Below the pieces are notes generated by a model that did no database searches, was not told the origin of the DNA, and saw nothing but the letters and a program-made list of their open reading frames with translations. Shown one piece after another: positions 58,640 to 64,000 of a stretch of DNA of 64,000 nucleotides (position 1 is the stretch's first letter; each line of letters starts with the position of its first letter). Location of the stretch: NCBI GenBank assembly GCA_046290225.1, contig JBKAGE010000039.1, forward strand, positions 64,001 to 128,000, read 5' to 3'. This DNA is from Bradymonadia bacterium. GTDB taxonomy: Bacteria; Myxococcota_A; Bradymonadia; UBA7976; UBA1532. A program made the translations under genes and the position numbers.

Positions 58640-59983
58640 TCAATTCGGGAACGGATCGCTCCACCGCTCGTCAGTGGCGATGCTTTCGTCGGTCAGGGTG
58701 TGCAAGAACGCGACGAGCGCAGCCTGATCCTCTGCGCTGAGGTTGAGGCGGACCGCTGTGGGCATGTTGTCGGCCCCCAGAGGGCGAGTGGTGTCGAAGC
58801 TGAGCAGGCCAGGGCCGAGGTTGGGGTGGAACTCGACACCTTCGTTGTAGTGGGCAACCACCTCTTCGAGTGTCTCGAAGCGGCCGTCGTGCATGTACGG
58901 TGCCGTCAGCGCCACATTGCGCAGACTCGACACCTTGAACGCGCCCATCTCATCTTCGTTGCCTGTGACACCGCCAACCCCATCATCGTCGGGATCAGTG
59001 AAGCCGTTGTTGATGGGGTCGAGCTGATGAAAAATGCCGAGATTGTCCAGGGGGGGGGCATTCGGCGGGAGGGCGCCAGGTGTGCCCTCGGGCCCGACGA
59101 ACATCGTCGGGTTGGCGAACATGTGGCAGTTGCCACAGAGCCCCGGCAGGTGAGGGGCCTCCGGGTTGGTGGGCTCGTGCAGACCGAAGAAGATGGCACG
59201 TCCGCGATTCTCCGCGGCGGTGAACCCTGGGAAGTCGACGGTGAGATCTCGGGTGACGGCGACCTCGGCGTCGAAGCGCGAGCCGTAGGAGACGATGCTC
59301 CGGAGGAACTGGGCCAGTGCGCGCGAGATGCGGTCACTGGTGATCGTACCGTCGCCGAATGCGGCTTCGAAGAGCGGTGGGTAGTAGTCCGTCGCTGAGA
59401 GGCGCTCGACGAGGGCGTCGAGTGTCATACCCATCTCTACCTCGTCCTGGATCGGCATGAGGACCTGCTCTTCGAGCGTCGCGGCCCGCTGGTCCCAGAA
59501 CATCGGCCCCCGTGGGAAGTGGCGCAGGTTGATCAATGGCATCGACTGCCGGCCAGTCTCGCCGCCATCGAAACCGACCGACTTCACACGATGGTCCGAG
59601 AAGCCCTTGGTCTGGTCGTGACACGAAGCACAAGCCACCTCGCCATTGAGTGACATACGGCGATCATAGAAGAGCACTCGCCCGAGCGTGGCCCCTGCAT
59701 CCGTGATGGGGTTGTCCGGCGGGGTGTTGTTCGTGAGTTGCACGACTTGCACCTGCAAGTACTCTGGTATGGGGGTGTCATAAGAGAGCAGGGTGTCAGG
59801 GAGGCTGGGAGACGGAAGCGCCGCGATCGCGTTCGCATGAGGGTCGACGTTCGCCTCCTCAGGGCCAGTATCTGGCTGCTCTTCCTGGGCAGAGCCCCCA
59901 TCAGCTGGGTTGCCGTCAGCGTCACTCACCGTGTCCGATGAGCATGCGGTCAAGAGTACGAGGAGTGGGACGAGTGGTTTCAT
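58640..59983 (-). CDS. Di-haem cytochrome c peroxidase-family lipoprotein (MauG/MbnH type)
   Basis: Lipobox LTAC; CASCH, CGNCH; MFWDQRA; FKVSSLRNVALTAPYMHDG with Tyr at +14. Confidence 0.9.
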   Translation of the reverse strand: MKPLVPLLVLLTACSSDTVSDADGNPADGGSAQEEQPDTGPEEANVDPHANAIAALPSPSLPDTLLSYDTPIPEYLQVQVVQLTNNTPPDNPITDAGATLGRVLFYDRRMSLNGEVACASCHDQTKGFSDHRVKSVGFDGGETGRQSMPLINLRHFPRGPMFWDQRAATLEEQVLMPIQDEVEMGMTLDALVERLSATDYYPPLFEAAFGDGTITSDRISRALAQFLRSIVSYGSRFDAEVAVTRDLTVDFPGFTAAENRGRAIFFGLHEPTNPEAPHLPGLCGNCHMFANPTMFVGPEGTPGALPPNAPPLDNLGIFHQLDPINNGFTDPDDDGVGGVTGNEDEMGAFKVSSLRNVALTAPYMHDGRFETLEEVVAHYNEGVEFHPNLGPGLLSFDTTRPLGADNMPTAVRLNLSAEDQAALVAFLHTLTDESIATDERWSDPFPN

Positions 59984-60051
59984 GAGCGCCTCCAGGGTGA
60001 TGAGTAGACCTGGTCAGCACTGTCTCCTGCAGATGTTGACGAAGTGCACGG

Positions 60052-60810
60052 GTGACTGAAATCGTGCATCCGCACACTTTCTCAATGTGTGTCAGTGAAG
60101 ATGTCTCTGAAGGAGCAAGCACCATCGACACCCCACCCCAAAAGAAGATCCTCGTGGTCGAAGATGATCAGCGCGCTGTGAGCGTGCTGGTCTCGGGCCT
60201 CAGCCGGGCGGGCTTCGAGGTTGTGGTGGCGATGGATGGTGCGAGAGGGGGAGAGCTGGCGGTGTCGGAACACTTCGACCTGGTGGTGCTCGATCTGATG
60301 CTCCCCGAGAAATCAGGCTTGGAGGTCCTTCAGGCGATGCTGGGCCGGGTGTCGACGCCGGTCATCGTGCTCTCGGCGCGGACCGAGCTTCAGACCCGAC
60401 TGAAGGCTTTTGATGCCGGGGCGGTGGACTATGTGCCGAAACCCTTTTTTCTTGAGGAGCTCGTACGACGCATCCGCGCCCGCCTCAGGTTGCGTGATGA
60501 AGTGCCGCGAAAGCTGATCGAGTTGGGCTCTGTGACATTGGATCTCGATGCGCGCATCGCCACCCGTGAGGGCCATGATCTGAAGCTCACAGGCTATGAG
60601 TTCAACATCCTCGCGTGGATGGCCGAGCGCTCTGGTCGGGCCATCAGCCGTGAGCAGCTCGCTGAGAATGCTCTGGGGATGGAGGGGCGTCGAGCCTGGC
60701 GGACTGTCGACGGGCATGTCTCACGCATTCGCAAGAAGCTCGGCCCTGATGGTGAGCGCGTGAAGACTGTCTGGGGCATTGGCTACACATGCTCGGCAAA
60801 CGCTGAATGA
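60052..60810 (+). CDS. OmpR-family response regulator
   Basis: ILVVEDD, LDLMLP, DYVPKPF, RTVDGHVSRIRKKLG, TVWGIGY; true start probably downstream of 60052. Confidence 0.88.
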   Translation: MTEIVHPHTFSMCVSEDVSEGASTIDTPPQKKILVVEDDQRAVSVLVSGLSRAGFEVVVAMDGARGGELAVSEHFDLVVLDLMLPEKSGLEVLQAMLGRVSTPVIVLSARTELQTRLKAFDAGAVDYVPKPFFLEELVRRIRARLRLRDEVPRKLIELGSVTLDLDARIATREGHDLKLTGYEFNILAWMAERSGRAISREQLAENALGMEGRRAWRTVDGHVSRIRKKLGPDGERVKTVWGIGYTCSANAE

Positions 60811-62120
60811 GAGGTTACCGGTCACGGGTGCTCCTCGGCGCTGTTGCCGGATCATTGCTCGCGGTGGTCATCGTGGTGATCGTGGTGGTGGCCACACTGG
60901 AAACGCTCTCCCTGAGAACCGTGGATGTGTCCCCGGAACTACACACGGCATGTGAGGCATCGCCTCAGAGCTACGTCGGCCTCTCGGTGGGGCGTGGATC
61001 TGTCACGGCGTTCGATTCGGCGGGCCGCAGCCCGGATGGTGCGCAGTCTCTTGCCCCAGAGCTCGTAGGCGCGCTCGAGGTTGGGGAGCAGGCCCCACGA
61101 CGTGAAGGTGGTCGACCCCATCTCATTCGACGTCTCAGCGCCGAGGGTCCTTGTGCATATGTATCGATCGACATCGGACCTCCACCTCTGATGAAGGAGA
61201 TCGTTCCACTGATGTTGGGGCTGGCGGCGCTCCTCATCACTCTGATGGCCGCGGTGGGAAGCTACTGGTTCACCGTCCGCCCGCTCACCCGCCGGATACT
61301 GCGTGTACGTGATGCTGCACAGCGTGTGGGTCAGCCTGACTACGCGCCGATGTCACAGGCGCTCAACGATGATCTCGGCGACATCTCCCGTGTGCTCGAC
61401 CATTCCCACGAACGTCTCGTGGCTGATCGAGAAGAACTGGTCGCTCGCCATCATGCCCTCGAGCGTCACCTCGCAGAGATCGCCCACGATCTGCGCACAC
61501 CGATCTGGTCCCTCATGTTGCAGCTGGAGGCTCAGCTGGTCGTGAGTGATGGTGAGCCGACACCCCTCCACAACGCATTCTTGGACGCGGAGTATCTGGG
61601 CTCGCTGGTCGAGAACCTGCATCAGGCGGTGCGACTACGCCATGGTATGAACCCTGCGGAGGGTGTCTGTGATCTCACGGAGATCGTTCAGCGCCTTGAA
61701 GGCCGCTTTCGGCCCTTGGGCAAGGCCGAGGGCGTGGAGGTCGCCACGAGCTACCCCGAAACCCCGGTGCACGTGCAGTGCAGCCCCGAGTTCGTAGAGC
61801 GCGCCCTGGGCAACTTCGTACACAATGCGATCACCCACGCGAGGGGCCGGGTGGCTGTCTGGTTACGTGTCGAAGGCGAGACCTTTGAAGTGCGGGTACT
61901 CGACGACGGTGTTGGTCTCCCTGATGTGGCCCGTGCAGATCTCGCGAAGCGCACGTTCACGGATGACCCGGCGCGCTCTCGCGGTGCGGGTCTCGGCATC
62001 GCCATTGCGAACGAGATCGCCGCTCGTGTCGGGTGGATGATCCACTACGAGGCGGTGCGAGAAGGGGGGCTTCAAGTGCGCATCGAGGGTCCTCGTTCAG
62101 GCAACTTGCCACGGTCTTGA
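60807..62120 (+). CDS. Sensor histidine kinase
   Basis: Two TMs, HAMP, AHDLRTP, NFVHNA, DDGVG, GAGLGIAI. Confidence 0.9.
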   Translation: MRGYRSRVLLGAVAGSLLAVVIVVIVVVATLETLSLRTVDVSPELHTACEASPQSYVGLSVGRGSVTAFDSAGRSPDGAQSLAPELVGALEVGEQAPRREGGRPHLIRRLSAEGPCAYVSIDIGPPPLMKEIVPLMLGLAALLITLMAAVGSYWFTVRPLTRRILRVRDAAQRVGQPDYAPMSQALNDDLGDISRVLDHSHERLVADREELVARHHALERHLAEIAHDLRTPIWSLMLQLEAQLVVSDGEPTPLHNAFLDAEYLGSLVENLHQAVRLRHGMNPAEGVCDLTEIVQRLEGRFRPLGKAEGVEVATSYPETPVHVQCSPEFVERALGNFVHNAITHARGRVAVWLRVEGETFEVRVLDDGVGLPDVARADLAKRTFTDDPARSRGAGLGIAIANEIAARVGWMIHYEAVREGGLQVRIEGPRSGNLPRS

Positions 62121-62196
62121 ACACACCATGTTGTCCTGGAAAGCCGAAGCCGGTACCACTGCTCACGAATCCACCAACCTCTGGCGAAGATCTGCG

Positions 62197-63534
62197 ATGT
62201 CCTGGAACCCCGACAGCTGGCGCGCCCACCCCATCGAGCAGCAGCCTAAGTATGATGATCCCGCCGCCGTCGAGGCGGCGCTGGTCACCGTGCGCGATCT
62301 GCCTCCCCTCGTCGCCGCCGGTGAGGTCGACGCGTTGCGCGAGCGACTGCGTCGGGCGAGCCGCGGCGAGGCCTTTGTGCTGCAAGGTGGCGACTGCGCC
62401 GAGAGCTTCGCCGACTGCACTCGCGCCCCCATCGAGGCGAAGCTGAAGATCTTGCTGCAGATGAGCTTGGTGCTTACCTGGGGCGCCCGCATGCCGGTGG
62501 TGCGCGTGGGCCGGATGGCCGGTCAATATGCCAAGCCGCGATCCAGCGACACCGAGATCGTCGACGGTGTGGAGATGGCTTCCTACCGCGGTGATCACGT
62601 GAACGGTGCCGCCGCCGATGTGGATGCGCGACGGCCGGATCCGCAGCGGATGGTGCGCGCTTTCTTTCACTCAGCGGCGACGTTGAACTACGCCCGGGCG
62701 CTCCTCGACGGAGGCTTCGCTGATTTGCACCACCCCGAGGCCTGGGATCTGACCTTCGTGCGCAACGCCTCCCGGCGCAGCCAGTACGAGGCCATGGTGG
62801 AGCGCATCCTCGATGCCCTGGAGTTCGTGCGCACGCTCGGTGTGCACGATGCCGAGCCTCTCAGGACCGTGGAGCTCTTCTCGTCTCACGAGGCGCTACT
62901 GCTCGCGTACGAAGAGGCCCAGACCGTGGCTGTGGGTGATCGCTGGTACAACCTCGGTGCCCACATGCTCTGGATCGGCAACCGCACGCGGCAGCTCGAC
63001 GGGGCTCACATCGAGTACGCCCGAGGCATCGAAAACCCCATCGGCATCAAGGTGGGCCCCGGGCTCACTGGCGATGCGCTCATCGCGCTGCTCGATCGCA
63101 TCGAGCCGGGCAACCGAGCAGGGCGAGTGACGCTCATCTCACGTTTTGGCGCCGACAAAATCCGCGATGGTTTGCCGCCCCTCATCGAGCGCGTGCAGGC
63201 CGAGGGTCGAGACGTGGTCTGGTCGTGTGATCCCATGCACGGCAACACGACGAAGACGTCGAGCGGCCGCAAGACCCGGAACGTGAACGCCATCATGGAG
63301 GAGCTCGCGGGGGCCTTCGATGTGCACGACGAGGCGGGCAGCACCCTCGCCGGGGTGCACTTCGAGCTGACTGGCGAAGACGTCACCGAGTGCGTCGGTG
63401 GCCCGCAGGAGCTCGGGGAGTCTGATCTCGAGCGCAGCTACCAGACTCTGGTCGATCCCCGACTCAACTATGCCCAGAGTCTTGAGCTGGCGTTTCGCGT
63501 CGCGCTGCGATTGCAGCAGCGACGATCGGGGTGA
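62197..63534 (+). CDS. Class II DAHP synthase
   Basis: LQGGDCAESF, GRMAGQYAKPRS, SYRGD, SHEALLL, WIGNRTRQ, CDPMHGNT, DPRLN. Confidence 0.95.
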   Translation: MSWNPDSWRAHPIEQQPKYDDPAAVEAALVTVRDLPPLVAAGEVDALRERLRRASRGEAFVLQGGDCAESFADCTRAPIEAKLKILLQMSLVLTWGARMPVVRVGRMAGQYAKPRSSDTEIVDGVEMASYRGDHVNGAAADVDARRPDPQRMVRAFFHSAATLNYARALLDGGFADLHHPEAWDLTFVRNASRRSQYEAMVERILDALEFVRTLGVHDAEPLRTVELFSSHEALLLAYEEAQTVAVGDRWYNLGAHMLWIGNRTRQLDGAHIEYARGIENPIGIKVGPGLTGDALIALLDRIEPGNRAGRVTLISRFGADKIRDGLPPLIERVQAEGRDVVWSCDPMHGNTTKTSSGRKTRNVNAIMEELAGAFDVHDEAGSTLAGVHFELTGEDVTECVGGPQELGESDLERSYQTLVDPRLNYAQSLELAFRVALRLQQRRSG

Positions 63535-63535
63535 G

Positions 63536-64000
63536 CTAAGAGCGGAACTGTTTGGCGAGGCGGAGCCCCTGGCCCTGATAGTTGCTGTGTCGTCCACCGT
63601 ACAGCACGTCGGGGAGGGCCTCGTTGCGCATGAACTCGACCCGGAAGAGGGGCTGGCCGTGCTCGAGCAGGAAAGGCACGTCGTGGGTACGGATCTCCAA
63701 CACGAGCTTGCTGCCTGGATCTTCGTCGTCGTCTTCTGACCACCCGAAGCCTGAGTCGATGAACCCGGCGTAGTGCGTTCGGAGCTCACCCTTCGTGGCG
63801 TCAAAGGCCACCAGCTCTGCACACAGGCCCGGTGGGATCCGTAGCCGTTCGCGGGTGGCGAAGATGTAGAATTGCTCGGGCTCGAGCACATGGCCGTCTG
63901 CCTGCTCCCGCAATGGCACCCAATAGCGATCGACCGGTAAATCTCGGCGACGCAGGTCGACGGGGGGCATGTGTCGCTTGGCGATGTACCCCACCGGGGC
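63536..64000 (-). CDS. dcd: dCTP deaminase (two-domain type), 5' part beyond right edge
   Basis: FYIFATRE, GELRTHYAGFIDSGFG, VLEIRTHDVPF, SNYQGQGLRLAKQF. Confidence 0.85.
   Translation of the reverse strand, partial: APVGYIAKRHMPPVDLRRRDLPVDRYWVPLREQADGHVLEPEQFYIFATRERLRIPPGLCAELVAFDATKGELRTHYAGFIDSGFGWSEDDDEDPGSKLVLEIRTHDVPFLLEHGQPLFRVEFMRNEALPDVLYGGRHSNYQGQGLRLAKQFRS

Noticed and set aside
62128..62196. Trp-containing stretch upstream of DAHP synthase as an attenuator peptide
   Set aside because: It is in frame with the gene, with no stop codon or terminator; at most an alternative start.

Overview
GC-rich bacterial DNA (roughly 60-65% GC by eye) carrying about 61 densely packed CDSs. I found no rRNA, tRNA, CRISPR array, transposase or integrase. 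About 16 predicted lipoproteins with acidic Asp/Ala/Pro- or Gly-rich linkers, Cys-rich repeat proteins, a collagen-repeat surface protein and an LRR protein suggest a Myxococcota-like organism (inference). The region is a mosaic of redox and detoxification genes (MDR, SDR, AKR, luciferase-like, katG), one-component regulators and exported enzymes. It ends in a class II DAHP synthase and a partial dCTP deaminase. Signals beyond routine annotation: (1) a metal-response neighbourhood at 31.4-39.7 kb with a Fur/Zur-like regulator, a ColRS-like pair retaining the ExxE motif, an SmtB-type ArsR and a 27-His duplicated-repeat protein; there, two di-haem lipoprotein genes share the same four-fold, 11-bp-phased operator; (2) a Fur-type palindrome found both upstream of the Fur gene and 30 kb away upstream of an FAD oxidoreductase; (3) two MauG/MbnH-type (Tyr-ligated) di-haem peroxidases, each tied to its own two-component system; (4) a 146-160 nt rod-like fold-back with a C(UUCG)G loop, 18-bp terminal inverted repeats and a 4-bp flanking direct repeat (MITE or structured RNA); (5) a possible leader-peptide attenuator before an AT-richer orphan gene; (6) a BRCT-SMI1/KNR4 fusion and an amidohydrolase gene remnant. 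All family calls come from motif recognition by eye; no database searches were run.
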